A DNA stretch of 64,000 nt from a virus, in IMG/VR virus record IMGVR_UViG_3300042897_000742, positions 29,872-93,871 of that record, one strand, 5' to 3'. Under the pieces are notes generated by a model. The model worked only from the letters and a program-made list of their open reading frames with translations. It made no database searches and was not told the origin of the DNA. The position numbers were made by a program, and so were the translations under genes. Numbering within the stretch: position 1 is the stretch's first letter; every line of letters starts with the position of its first letter. Of this stretch, positions 1 through 9,409 are shown one piece after another.

Positions 1-702
1 CTCGATAAGTCAAAGGTAATTAAATTAATTGATGCAAAGAAAACTGGAGATAGAAAGCCCTGCACATTGGCAATCTTTGAAGGTGACTCTGCATCATCTG
101 CATTTCGTCGTTACCGAGATCCACTAACACAAGGTGCATTTCCTCTGCGTGGTAAATTTATTAATGTAAGAGAAATTCCTGATTCAAAGGTTGTACAAAA
201 TAAAGAAGTACAATCTCTGATGGCTGCAATTGGACTAAAGATTGGTCATGAACCAAAGGACTTAAGGTATGGTAAGATCTTATTCTATACCGATGCTGAT
301 GTTGATGGAAATTCAATTTCTGCATTGCTAATTAATTTCTTTGGTAAATATTGGCCTGAGTTATTTGAAGAGGGTAAAGTTCTTAAGGTAGAAACACCTC
401 TTATGGTAGCAAAGAAAGGGAAGGAAACATTAAGTTTTTATTCTGAGGAGGAATATAAAGAATGGGAACAGAAGCAAAAATCGCTTTCATCATGGAATAT
501 TGAATATAAGAAAGGATTGGCTGCATTGGAAGATGAAGAATATCAGGAGATCATTAGAAGCCCTAGATCGTACTTTCTTACTAAAGATAATGGATTTAAC
601 AGTACATTAAATATTTGGTTTGCAGGTGACTCTAGTCCTCGCAAAAAGAAGATTCTAGGTGAAACAGTAGAAATTAAAACAAGTAATAAATCTCTTTTTT
701 AA
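1..702 (+). CDS. Type II DNA topoisomerase large subunit (T4 gp39/gp60-like), TOPRIM part, 5'-truncated by window edge
   Basis: EGDSA, PLRGKFIN, TDADVDG and YKKGLA motifs; the frame is open from base 1. Confidence 0.95.
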   Translation, partial: LDKSKVIKLIDAKKTGDRKPCTLAIFEGDSASSAFRRYRDPLTQGAFPLRGKFINVREIPDSKVVQNKEVQSLMAAIGLKIGHEPKDLRYGKILFYTDADVDGNSISALLINFFGKYWPELFEEGKVLKVETPLMVAKKGKETLSFYSEEEYKEWEQKQKSLSSWNIEYKKGLAALEDEEYQEIIRSPRSYFLTKDNGFNSTLNIWFAGDSSPRKKKILGETVEIKTSNKSLF

Positions 703-2045
703 TGGAAAAAAGAACAGTAACATCATTCTTTGATAAAGAATATTTGGAGTATGCCAAATATGTTGTAGAAAATCGGGCAATCCCTAGCTGCATTGATGGT
801 CTTAAGCCAACACAGAGAAAGGTTGTTTTCGTTGCAAATAAAATTTGGAAAAATGGTTCAGAGAAGCCAATGAAACTATTCCAACTTGCAGGTCGTGTAG
901 CGGCTGAGGCATATTATCACCACGGTAATACTTCTTTAGAATCTGCAATGGTTGGAATGGCTCAAAAGTTTAAGAACTCTTTACCTCTTTTAGATGGGAT
1001 TGGTCAATTTGGTTCATTAAGATCACCTTCTGCCGGTGCACCTCGTTACATCAGTGCAAAATTACATCCTAACTTTAGATTAATTTATCAAGATTTTGAA
1101 CTTCTTAATAATAAGATCGAAGAAGGCGTAGAGATTGAACCAGATTTTTTCCTACCTATTGTTCCTACTGTTATCTTAAATGGTTCATCTGGAATCGCTG
1201 TAGGATTTGCAACTAACATTCTTAACCGAAATCCTAAAGATGTAGTAGAAGCATGTTTGGCTGTTCTTAAGGATAAGAAGATTAAAACTCTCTCCCCTTG
1301 GTTAAGTGAATTTAAGGGAACATTTACTAGAGATTCCAGTAATCCTAATACCTGGAAAATTAGTGGATCGTATGAAATTGTAAATAGTACAACAGTAAAG
1401 GTAACAGAAATTCCACCTTCGTTTACTTATGAAAGATATGAAGAATGGTTAAATGCATTGGTTGATAAAAAGATCATTGTTGATTATGAAGATAACTCGG
1501 CAGATAAAATTGAATACATTCTAAAATTCCAACGAGCAATTCTTAAGGACTATATTTCAAAGGATAGATTAGAAGGTCTTTTAAAGATTCATTCACAAGA
1601 AACAGAAAACCTTACAACAATTGATGAGACTGGTAAATTAAAAATCTTTACTAAAGCCGAGGATATTGTAACTCACTTCGTTGGAATAAGACTTCAGTTT
1701 TACCATAAGAGAAAAGCCTATCTTTTAGATAAGTTAGGCAGAGAACTTCTTATTATATCAAATAAGGCTAGATTTATTAAAGATATCATCGAGGGTAAAC
1801 TTAAAGTAAATAATGTTGCAAAGGATATCATTGTTAAGTATCTTGAAGATAATAAGTATGATAAGGTTGATGGATCATATACATACCTATTAAGTATGGC
1901 AATTTATTCATTAACGAAAGAACGATTTGAAGAATTACTCAAACAAAAATCTGAAAAGGAAATTGAGGTTGAAGCCATTAAGAAAACTGATCCTAAGGAT
2001 ATGTATATAAGCGATCTAGAGCAATTGAAAAAATCACTCGTTTAA
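702..2045 (+). CDS. Type II DNA topoisomerase medium subunit (T4 gp52 / GyrA-ParC family)
   Basis: RAIP..DGLKPTQRK, YHHG and AGAPRY (catalytic Tyr); no C-terminal pinwheel domain. Confidence 0.95.
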   Translation: MEKRTVTSFFDKEYLEYAKYVVENRAIPSCIDGLKPTQRKVVFVANKIWKNGSEKPMKLFQLAGRVAAEAYYHHGNTSLESAMVGMAQKFKNSLPLLDGIGQFGSLRSPSAGAPRYISAKLHPNFRLIYQDFELLNNKIEEGVEIEPDFFLPIVPTVILNGSSGIAVGFATNILNRNPKDVVEACLAVLKDKKIKTLSPWLSEFKGTFTRDSSNPNTWKISGSYEIVNSTTVKVTEIPPSFTYERYEEWLNALVDKKIIVDYEDNSADKIEYILKFQRAILKDYISKDRLEGLLKIHSQETENLTTIDETGKLKIFTKAEDIVTHFVGIRLQFYHKRKAYLLDKLGRELLIISNKARFIKDIIEGKLKVNNVAKDIIVKYLEDNKYDKVDGSYTYLLSMAIYSLTKERFEELLKQKSEKEIEVEAIKKTDPKDMYISDLEQLKKSLV

Positions 2046-2047
2046 TG

Positions 2048-2074
2048 AAACCTATGGGTGATCTTTCAATATAA
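2048..2074 (+). promoter_or_regulatory. AAAC-N16/17-ATATAA promoter-like element (class 2)
   Basis: Same bipartite motif at about 10 sites at or near gene boundaries. Confidence 0.55.
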
Positions 2075-2086
2075 AAATAAATTAGA

Positions 2087-2248
2087 ATGAAAACATATAT
2101 CATTGTAGGTAGAGATGTTAAGTGGACGTGTGAAGCCAATACTGAACAAGAAGCATGGGAATCTTTAGCCCAACTAAAAAGACTACCCGTATCAGAACTA
2201 AAGAAAATGTTTAAACTTTTAAATGAAGATCAACCTAAAAAACAATAA
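2087..2248 (+). CDS. Small hypothetical protein (53 aa, not in ORF track)
   Basis: ATG..TAA ORF (MKTYIIVGRDVKWTCEA...) filling the gap after the promoter motif. Confidence 0.6.
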   Translation: MKTYIIVGRDVKWTCEANTEQEAWESLAQLKRLPVSELKKMFKLLNEDQPKKQ

Positions 2249-2250
2249 CT

Positions 2251-2478
2251 ATGTTAATAGAACAAACATCAATGACAGATTCATCAATGATTAAAAAAGC
2301 AGTTTATAATTTCTCTGCCAATACATTGAAAGTAGAATTTAATTCAGGTGCCGTTTACGAATATTCAAATGTAGATTCACAAACATATGATGAATTTTGT
2401 AAAGCAGAATCTCAAGGAAAATTTTTCAATGAAAAAATTAAAAACAACTTCCAAAACACTAAACTCTTATTAGACTAA
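2251..2478 (+). CDS. KTSC domain protein
   Basis: SSMI..Y....L.VEF.SG..YEY..V......F..AESQGKFFN..IK pattern. Confidence 0.85.
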   Translation: MLIEQTSMTDSSMIKKAVYNFSANTLKVEFNSGAVYEYSNVDSQTYDEFCKAESQGKFFNEKIKNNFQNTKLLLD

Positions 2479-2480
2479 TT

Positions 2481-2717
2481 ATGGGACCAACTAATGTAAT
2501 GTACGATGCCCTTAAGGCACAATTCGTAGCACAAAAACAAAAGGCTCTTGCCACACTTACTATTTACTTAACAAATCCTGTAGGAATTGGAGAACATCCT
2601 CAACATATCGATGAAATGATGACCTTAACAAGATCTCTTGCTGAGGCAGAGGATTGCATCCAAACTTTAGAAAATACATTTGAAGTAAAATCTACAGCAA
2701 ATGAAAACGGTAACTGA
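2481..2717 (+). CDS. Conserved phage hypothetical protein
   Basis: Tightly packed ORF with NPVGIGEHP motif. Confidence 0.7.
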   Translation: MGPTNVMYDALKAQFVAQKQKALATLTIYLTNPVGIGEHPQHIDEMMTLTRSLAEAEDCIQTLENTFEVKSTANENGN

Positions 2718-2934
2718 GATAGTACAAAGACTTCTTGATGAAAGACATATTACTGCAGAAGAAGCAGTGATTCTTTTACAAGCCGAGGTAAATAGAAATC
2801 AACCTTTTTATATACCTAGCATGCCAACTATTCAACCATATTCTCCTCCATTTAAACCAGGAGACTTGTGGTATACTACTTCATCAACATTAAACACCCC
2901 TGTTGCAGGTTCAAAATCAGAAGAGAATGAATAA
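2701..2934 (+). CDS. Hypothetical protein
   Basis: ORF overlapping its neighbours in the operon. Confidence 0.6.
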   Translation: MKTVTEIVQRLLDERHITAEEAVILLQAEVNRNQPFYIPSMPTIQPYSPPFKPGDLWYTTSSTLNTPVAGSKSEENE

Positions 2935-3406
2935 AGTAATTTTGGTAGGTAAAGCTGCTGCAGGTAAGGATCATATGAGAAAGGTAATGGAAGGTCGTGG
3001 ATTTATCTACGGTATTTCTTATACCACTCGACCGCCAAGAGAAGGTGAGATTGACGGCCAAGATTATTACTTTATGTCAAAAGAACAATTTGATGATGGT
3101 ATTAAGAATAACTTTTGGTATGAATGGGTTGAATTCAATGGTTGGTATTATGGAACAAGTTATAAACAGTTCAAGGAACAGTGTAACTTATTTATAATGA
3201 CACCTAAAGGCATCTCTCATATCAATCCAATTGATCGTAAAGAATGTACAATCATTTATCTCAATATGCCAATTGAAGTAAGACGCCAAAGACTTCTTAG
3301 CCGTAATATGCCAGGTGATACTTTAGAACGTAGAATAGAGGCTGATGAAAAAGACTTTGCTGATTTTACAGACTTTGACATTGAGATAAACAATCATAAC
3401 TTCTAA
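2927..3406 (+). CDS. gmk: Guanylate kinase
   Basis: GKAAAGKD P-loop, SYTTRPPREGEIDGQDYYF and YYGT. Confidence 0.9.
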   Translation: MNKVILVGKAAAGKDHMRKVMEGRGFIYGISYTTRPPREGEIDGQDYYFMSKEQFDDGIKNNFWYEWVEFNGWYYGTSYKQFKEQCNLFIMTPKGISHINPIDRKECTIIYLNMPIEVRRQRLLSRNMPGDTLERRIEADEKDFADFTDFDIEINNHNF

Positions 3407-3420
3407 CATATAAAAATAAA

Positions 3421-4020
3421 ATGAGTAAATTCATTATCATCGAAGGTACCGATAATACCGGTAAAGATACACAACAAAATCTTATTATTAAAAATCTAAA
3501 AGATAAGGTATTTCATAAGGTTCATTATTCATCTTTACCCTTTAAAGATGATGTTGAAATGCATACTTCATATTCAAAGAAAATGTATGAAGATATGTTT
3601 AAGATGATGGTTTTGTGTAAAGATCAAGATATTAACATTATCTTTAATCGTTCTCATTTAGGTGAAAGTATTTACTCTCCACTTTATCGTGGGTATTCTG
3701 GTGATTATGTTTTTGATATTGAAAAAGGTTTTGTAAATACATTAAGAGAAAATCTTTATCTTATTACTCTAACCAATGATCCTCATACAATTTGGAGTAG
3801 AGATGATGGTAAATCATTCTACAAAAATGAAGAAGGTATTAAAGCAGAGGTTGATGGTTTTATCCGTGCACATCGCTTAAGTAAGATTAAAAATAAACTT
3901 CTTCTTAATGTAGGTACTATGAGTGCCGATGAAGTCTCCAAAATTATTATTGAGTTTCTATCTCATGAAAATACAATAACTGGGGATCCTAAACAATTAT
4001 CTATGTTTAGTCATGAGTAA
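3421..4020 (+). CDS. dNMP/thymidylate kinase-like protein
   Basis: IIIEGTDNTGKDT P-loop and FNRSHLGESIY; next to the TS-like gene. Confidence 0.8.
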   Translation: MSKFIIIEGTDNTGKDTQQNLIIKNLKDKVFHKVHYSSLPFKDDVEMHTSYSKKMYEDMFKMMVLCKDQDINIIFNRSHLGESIYSPLYRGYSGDYVFDIEKGFVNTLRENLYLITLTNDPHTIWSRDDGKSFYKNEEGIKAEVDGFIRAHRLSKIKNKLLLNVGTMSADEVSKIIIEFLSHENTITGDPKQLSMFSHE

Positions 4021-4201
4021 ATGGAGAGAAGAACGAATGTATGAGATAATGCATCATCTCTGGGATAATCCTAAGTTGATGGAATTATATGAACTCGAAA
4101 TGAAAAAGGCTCATGCCGAAAAATATGTAGAAGAGTTCTTTCCTAAAATGGAAAAATGTTACGAAAAAGCTTTAAAAGAATATGAGAATTTACAAAGGTG
4201 A
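4013..4201 (+). CDS. Hypothetical protein
   Basis: Short ORF overlapping both neighbours. Confidence 0.55.
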   Translation: MSKWREERMYEIMHHLWDNPKLMELYELEMKKAHAEKYVEEFFPKMEKCYEKALKEYENLQR

Positions 4202-5063
4202 AACATTTGCTGATGTGTATCAAACTGCATTAACTGATGTACTCCAAAACCCTGAATATGTTACCTCGCCAAGAGGTATGAAAATTAATGAAGTTACTAA
4301 TGCTGCATTGGTTATTGAAGATCCTACCTTTCCTCTTTATGAAAATAATAGAAGGAGTAGTCAATTCAAATATATTGCAGCTGAATTAGTTTGGTACTTT
4401 ACTGGCCGTAGAGATACTAATTTCATTTCAAAATTTGCAAAATTCTGGGAACAGATTGATAATGGAAATGGTACGGTAAATTCTGCATACGGTAATCTTA
4501 TTTTTACAGATAAGAATTCTCATGGTCTTAATCAATATCAATGGGCATTACAGTCTTTAATTGAAGATAAAGATTCTCGTCAAGCTATTGTACATTTTAA
4601 TACACCTTCTCATCAATGGAAAGGTAATAAAGATTTTGTATGTACTCTTACTGGTGTATTTCAGATTCGTGATAATCATCTTAACTTTACAATTGATATG
4701 AGATCAAATGATCTTATATTAGGTACACCAACTGATATTGCATTTTTCTGTCTTCTTCAACAACAGATGTATGAACATCTTAAAAAGTATTACCCAGATC
4801 TTGAATTAGGTACATATACTCATATTGTTCATTCTCTTCATATCTATGAAAGACACTTTACCTTAATAGATGAAATGTTAGATCATCCATTTGAACCAAT
4901 GAGTTTTCCAGAGATAAGAGAATTCTTAATTGATCCTAACGGCAATTCTTTAGAAGGAATTAAAGAAATTGAATCTGAAATAGAATCAGATTCTGAAGTT
5001 TTACGAGTTAAAGATGATCCTTTACATCAATGGATAACCGATGCGGTTTTCATGGATATATAA
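4182..5063 (+). CDS. Thymidylate-synthase-family enzyme, dCMP hydroxymethylase-like (T4 gp42 type)
   Basis: DFVCT catalytic Cys; MRSNDLILGTPTD has Asp at the dUMP/dCMP specificity position; SLHIYERHF. Confidence 0.8.
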   Translation: MRIYKGETFADVYQTALTDVLQNPEYVTSPRGMKINEVTNAALVIEDPTFPLYENNRRSSQFKYIAAELVWYFTGRRDTNFISKFAKFWEQIDNGNGTVNSAYGNLIFTDKNSHGLNQYQWALQSLIEDKDSRQAIVHFNTPSHQWKGNKDFVCTLTGVFQIRDNHLNFTIDMRSNDLILGTPTDIAFFCLLQQQMYEHLKKYYPDLELGTYTHIVHSLHIYERHFTLIDEMLDHPFEPMSFPEIREFLIDPNGNSLEGIKEIESEIESDSEVLRVKDDPLHQWITDAVFMDI

Positions 5064-5080
5064 TAAAATCATCTATAATA

Positions 5081-6031
5081 ATGAAGTACTTAAAACTGTT
5101 TGAAGAATTCTTAAATGAAGCCGCTGAAGAAACTGGGTTAAAGAAAGTTTATCTAGCCACTCGTCGTGATAGCGGACAAAGATGGTGGTCTTATAAAGGG
5201 TTCGCCGGTGATAAATTCTTTATCCAGGTTACTGAGAATAACATTGATAAGTTAGATATTAATCCTGAGTACCCGGTACTTAATTATCATAGTACCATTG
5301 TAGATGAGTTACTAAAGAAGAAAAAGATTAAAGAAGAAAACATCTATAATCATCCTAAGTATATTCCATTATCAGGTTCTAAGAAAGAATTTCATAAACT
5401 CGTAGGGGAGGATGAAAATGTACCTAAGACAGTTTATTCAAAGAATGAAGCATTAGAGAAGTTAAATTTTCCTATTATTGCAAAACCTGCAAATGGTCAC
5501 AGTGGAATTGGAATCCAGGTAATTAAGAAGCCTGAGTTAATGGAAGAGATTGATGAGAAGATCTTCGATACTTTTTCTGAATATGTAGATAAAGTAGAAG
5601 AAATGAGATTCTTTAACTTTAAAGGTCAACCTATCTTTTGGATGGAAAGAACACCTGCAAACAGTAAAGCAAAGTCTGGTGATGGCAAGACCGATGAAGA
5701 AATGGAATTCAAGTATGCTAAGAGAAATGTTAATAACATACCAGAAGACTATAAAAAGGTTTTAGAAAAGTATTGCAAAACATTTGAAAAATTTCCCTAT
5801 ATTTGTTTTGATATGATGAAAGACAAAGAAGGAAAGATTTATGTAATTGAATCGAATGCTCAACCCGGCGTACCGTTCGATAGTACGGTTGAAATCTATA
5901 AGAAAGTATATGAAGATTTCTATGGTAAACCATTAGACGATAAATCTCTTCAAAAACTAGATAAATACGCAAAAGAAATGGTTGAAAGAACGCTAAAACG
6001 CGATAGTGGAAGATTTTCTGTAAAAAAGTAG
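5081..6031 (+). CDS. ATP-grasp (RimK-like) protein with capsid-targeting-like leader
   Basis: FPIIAKPANGHSGIGI, EMRF, CFDMM and IESNAQPG; N-terminus MKYLKLFEEFLNE. Confidence 0.8.
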   Translation: MKYLKLFEEFLNEAAEETGLKKVYLATRRDSGQRWWSYKGFAGDKFFIQVTENNIDKLDINPEYPVLNYHSTIVDELLKKKKIKEENIYNHPKYIPLSGSKKEFHKLVGEDENVPKTVYSKNEALEKLNFPIIAKPANGHSGIGIQVIKKPELMEEIDEKIFDTFSEYVDKVEEMRFFNFKGQPIFWMERTPANSKAKSGDGKTDEEMEFKYAKRNVNNIPEDYKKVLEKYCKTFEKFPYICFDMMKDKEGKIYVIESNAQPGVPFDSTVEIYKKVYEDFYGKPLDDKSLQKLDKYAKEMVERTLKRDSGRFSVKK

Positions 6032-6081
6032 AAAAAAGTCCACTAAAAATTTTCAAATCTCGTTTTTTTGTTTTATATTTG
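6031..6081 (+). promoter_or_regulatory. Host-type (Bacteroidetes) promoter TTTCA-N18-TATATTTG; partial copy of the early cassette
   Basis: TAnnTTTG at 6074-6081; upstream GAAAAAAGTC..AAAATTTTCAAATC shared with the cassette repeats. Confidence 0.65.
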
Positions 6082-6119
6082 TACTGACGGTATTTTTATA
6101 CTGTCTTAAAACAAATAAT

Positions 6120-6662
6120 ATGTCTGAAGAACTAAAAGAAATATCTGATTTTTACATTACATCGGATACGTGGTTTGGTAGACCACAGATCCTTGATATT
6201 GCAAGGAGGACCCAGTTTTCAAACATTGATGATATGAATGATCAATTCATCAAAAACTGGAATAAACATGTTAAATCAACTGACCTAGTTTTTCACTTAG
6301 GTAATTTTGCATGGGACCCTCATACCGCAAGAACCGTATTAAAAAAGCTTAAAGGTAAAATCTTTTTCATGATTGGAAATTCTGATGAAGCCTTAATTGA
6401 AGTAGCTGACGAATTTGCAAACGTCGAGGTTCTTGACCAACAAATAATTGAACTTCCGCAATTTGATTCTGTTCTCTGTCATTATCCTCTCGAGGTTTGG
6501 AATGGTAAATCATCAGGGACAATTCATTTTCACGGTCATACTGTTTTTTCTCACAAGACTGATCTTAGATCATCCAATCGTGTAAATGCTTGCATTGACT
6601 TTTGGAATTATTCACCAATTAAATTTTCGGCAATTAAAGAATTCGTACATGGCAAAAAGTAA
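6120..6662 (+). CDS. Calcineurin-like metallophosphoesterase with degenerate catalytic motifs
   Basis: SDTWFG, HLGNF, GNSD, CHYP and HGH; motif order intact but three key residues substituted. Confidence 0.75.
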   Translation: MSEELKEISDFYITSDTWFGRPQILDIARRTQFSNIDDMNDQFIKNWNKHVKSTDLVFHLGNFAWDPHTARTVLKKLKGKIFFMIGNSDEALIEVADEFANVEVLDQQIIELPQFDSVLCHYPLEVWNGKSSGTIHFHGHTVFSHKTDLRSSNRVNACIDFWNYSPIKFSAIKEFVHGKK

Positions 6663-7275
6663 AACCTACAAAGAACTGGCAATTGAGTTTAAGAAAACTC
6701 GCTCTGAAAGAATTTACAATGAACTTTACAAAAAAATGAGACCAGGATTATGGTCTTACGTAAATAACATTGTAAGAGATCCCGCTGTGGCTGATGATAT
6801 TGTATCAACCACTTTAACTAATGTGTATCTAAAGATTGATCAGTATGATGAATCTTATCAGATTACGACATGGGCTTATCGTATTGCATATAATGAATGC
6901 ATAGGATGGATTAGATTCCGTAACAAAAAGATAAGTATTAATGTGTTCACCGACGCAGGTGTTGAACCACCAACAAAAGATGGATTCCTTGAACCGGAAC
7001 TTCATGTAAAAACTGAGGATGATTTCTGGGAGGAAGAAGATATCTTAACTGAACAGGTAAGAGTAACCAAAGAAGCAATTAACGCCCTGCCACCAATGTA
7101 TAAGAGATACATGGTAGAGAGATTCCTTAATCATAAATCGTATAATGATATCTTGGATATCATGGTAGAATATGAAAAAGACATTAATCTTCAAACTGTA
7201 AAGAATCGTATCTTTAGAGGTAGAAAGATTATCCAAAAGCAGTTAGAGAAAATGAAACTCTTTTCTGAAGCATAA
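6649..7275 (+). CDS. ECF-type RNA polymerase sigma factor
   Basis: Region 2 (DDIVSTTL..VY..IDQYD..Y.ITTWAYRIAYN) and region 4 (LP..YK..SY..I....TVKNRIFRGR). Confidence 0.85.
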   Translation: MAKSKTYKELAIEFKKTRSERIYNELYKKMRPGLWSYVNNIVRDPAVADDIVSTTLTNVYLKIDQYDESYQITTWAYRIAYNECIGWIRFRNKKISINVFTDAGVEPPTKDGFLEPELHVKTEDDFWEEEDILTEQVRVTKEAINALPPMYKRYMVERFLNHKSYNDILDIMVEYEKDINLQTVKNRIFRGRKIIQKQLEKMKLFSEA

Positions 7276-7294
7276 ATAGATAAAATAAAGAACT

Positions 7295-7735
7295 ATGTAT
7301 ATTTTTAAGCTCATCAATGAAATAAACATCTGGAGAAAGGTGAGGGCTATTGCATTGGAAAATGAAGAGCTCTTAAAAGAAAATGGATTCAGGGTAGACT
7401 GGGTAGGTAGAATTTACACAGTTATCAATCTACCCGAAGAAGTTGTAAATCAACCATTTTCCAGAGAAGGCTATGTACTTATGAAACTTCGTGAGTATGA
7501 TAGTATGTTTCTTAATATGGGTATTGCTGATGCAATTGCACCCGAATTAGTTGAATTGGAAGATGTTGAAGCATACCTATTAATCTTATCACCAGACAGA
7601 GACTACATTAAACTTTGGCCGTTTATTGTATCATTATTCAAAACCGGTGGACTTATTCTTTTACTAAGATTAGTCTATCTTTTACTTTCCAATTATTGGG
7701 ACAGAATTATATCTGTCTTTAATTGGATATTCTAA
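7295..7735 (+). CDS. Hypothetical protein with C-terminal membrane anchor
   Basis: Hydrophobic C-terminus. Confidence 0.65.
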   Translation: MYIFKLINEINIWRKVRAIALENEELLKENGFRVDWVGRIYTVINLPEEVVNQPFSREGYVLMKLREYDSMFLNMGIADAIAPELVELEDVEAYLLILSPDRDYIKLWPFIVSLFKTGGLILLLRLVYLLLSNYWDRIISVFNWIF

Positions 7736-7740
7736 AAAAT

Positions 7741-8484
7741 ATGGCAACTAAAGAATCTCTTTTACAAACCGAAACAATAAATGGTAAACGATATTATGTT
7801 ATAGGAGAACATAAGTACCCTTCAGTTACCACTATCTTAGGATCAATGACAGATTCGTCTGGTCTTGATAAGTGGAGAAAACAAATAGGTGAAGCCGAGG
7901 CAGATAAGATCTCTAAGTTTTCTGCTAATCGTGGTACAATCATGCATCAAATGATTGAATATTATTTAGGTTCAGAAAAAGAAACTCAAAAAGAAAGGCT
8001 TAGAGAAGCACAGGAAAAAATCATTACCTTTGTTGAAGCAGAAGGTTTTACTGAAGATGAATTAGAAGTTGGCAGAAAATTATTCTATAGTTTTTATAAT
8101 AATGATCTCTTCAGTAAGATTGGTAAGGTTATAAGTATCGAGGAGACGATCTACTCCCACCAGATGGGAGGGTATGCAGGTAGAGTAGATAATATTTACG
8201 AGAATGTTTTATCTCATCTACTCATTCTAGACTTTAAGACATCCCGTAAGAGAAAGAAAAAAGAATGGATAGAAAACTATTTTATGCAGATTGCTGCATA
8301 TTTTCTAGCATATTGGGAAATGACCGGTAAAAAACCGGACGGTGGAGAAATCTGGATAGGTGTAGAAAATGATGAGCCTCAGGTTTTTGAACTTACCTGG
8401 GATGATATTCAAGAATATGGTAAGAAATTCTTATCCCTAGTAAAGGAGTATCATAAACTCAATCCATTACCTCAGAATATATAA
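7741..8484 (+). CDS. PD-(D/E)xK exonuclease
   Basis: YPSVTTIL, RGT.MH, AGRVD, ILDFKTS and Q.AAY motifs. Confidence 0.85.
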   Translation: MATKESLLQTETINGKRYYVIGEHKYPSVTTILGSMTDSSGLDKWRKQIGEAEADKISKFSANRGTIMHQMIEYYLGSEKETQKERLREAQEKIITFVEAEGFTEDELEVGRKLFYSFYNNDLFSKIGKVISIEETIYSHQMGGYAGRVDNIYENVLSHLLILDFKTSRKRKKKEWIENYFMQIAAYFLAYWEMTGKKPDGGEIWIGVENDEPQVFELTWDDIQEYGKKFLSLVKEYHKLNPLPQNI

Positions 8485-8500
8485 AAAAACAAAATAATGA

Positions 8501-8809
8501 ATGAAACGCATACAAACATTCGAGAGCTTCTTAAATGAAAGCATATTAAATGAAGCAAAAGTTGTTATTTCTTTTGCTGAAGAGACTGTTTTTAGAAAGG
8601 CTCTTTCTGACGCAAATAAAATTTCAAGAGATTGGCGAGTCAAAATATCACCAGATAAGAAAGGTGAGTATGAAGGAGAAAAAGTTCCTTTTGCTATTGA
8701 AGTTTCAGGTAATGTTAATGATTTAATGGATTTTGTAAATGTTGCGACTGAGGTAATTAACGGAACACCTGTCTGGACAGATAACCAAAAAATATCAGAT
8801 TTATTTTAA
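8501..8809 (+). CDS. Putative internal virion protein (CTS-like leader)
   Basis: N-terminus MKRIQTFESFLNESILNEA. Confidence 0.7.
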   Translation: MKRIQTFESFLNESILNEAKVVISFAEETVFRKALSDANKISRDWRVKISPDKKGEYEGEKVPFAIEVSGNVNDLMDFVNVATEVINGTPVWTDNQKISDLF

Positions 8810-8811
8810 TT

Positions 8812-9117
8812 ATGAAACATATTCAGTCATTCGAGACTTTTTTTGCTAGAACTCTATCTGAGGAATTAGACCAAACGAGACATAAAGCGGCTAAACATAT
8901 CGAGGATATTGAAACCGATAATGAGTCGGACAAAAAGGCTGAAAAGGATGCTCAGGATTATCTAGATGATAAAGCAGATTATTGCCCAAGATGTAAAGAA
9001 CATAAGGACGATTGCCAATGTGCAGGGGAGGATCCTTGGTCTACTCAAAATTATCATAGAGTACCTCCTGGTAAAAAGGAGAAGAGTAAAGCAAAACAAG
9101 ACTTCAAAACAAAATAA
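8812..9117 (+). CDS. Putative internal virion protein (CTS-like leader) with Cys cluster
   Basis: N-terminus MKHIQSFETFFARTLSE; CPRC...CQC. Confidence 0.65.
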   Translation: MKHIQSFETFFARTLSEELDQTRHKAAKHIEDIETDNESDKKAEKDAQDYLDDKADYCPRCKEHKDDCQCAGEDPWSTQNYHRVPPGKKEKSKAKQDFKTK

Positions 9118-9121
9118 AGAT

Positions 9122-9409
9122 ATGGAAAAGATTAATTTATTTTTTGCAAAACATGGATCAAAAGTAATCACAATTCTTTTGATTCTTTTATACTTTAAAT
9201 CATGCGGTGTTGATAGCGAATTAGAGAGACTTAAAAAGGAAGCTAAAGCAAATACCGAATTGATTAATAAGTTACCATCTGCAGCCGATGTAAAAATTGA
9301 AGGTTTAAATGCAGAGAAAAGAATGATCCAAGCAACAGATCGTAGAATGTTGGATGTACAACGCCAAAACGAAATTGAGAAAGAGATCGAAATATTACAA
9401 GGTAAATAA
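9122..9409 (+). CDS. Membrane-anchored coiled-coil protein
   Basis: N-terminal TM segment (VITILLILLYF) followed by heptad-like sequence. Confidence 0.65.
   Translation: MEKINLFFAKHGSKVITILLILLYFKSCGVDSELERLKKEAKANTELINKLPSAADVKIEGLNAEKRMIQATDRRMLDVQRQNEIEKEIEILQGK

Noticed and set aside
1-702. T4 gene 60-type ribosomal bypass in the topoisomerase
   Set aside because: The TOPRIM region reads through in a single frame with no gap.
7741-8484. Cas4 annotation
   Set aside because: It has a PD-(D/E)xK core but none of the Cys residues needed for the Fe-S cluster, so it is an ordinary phage exonuclease.
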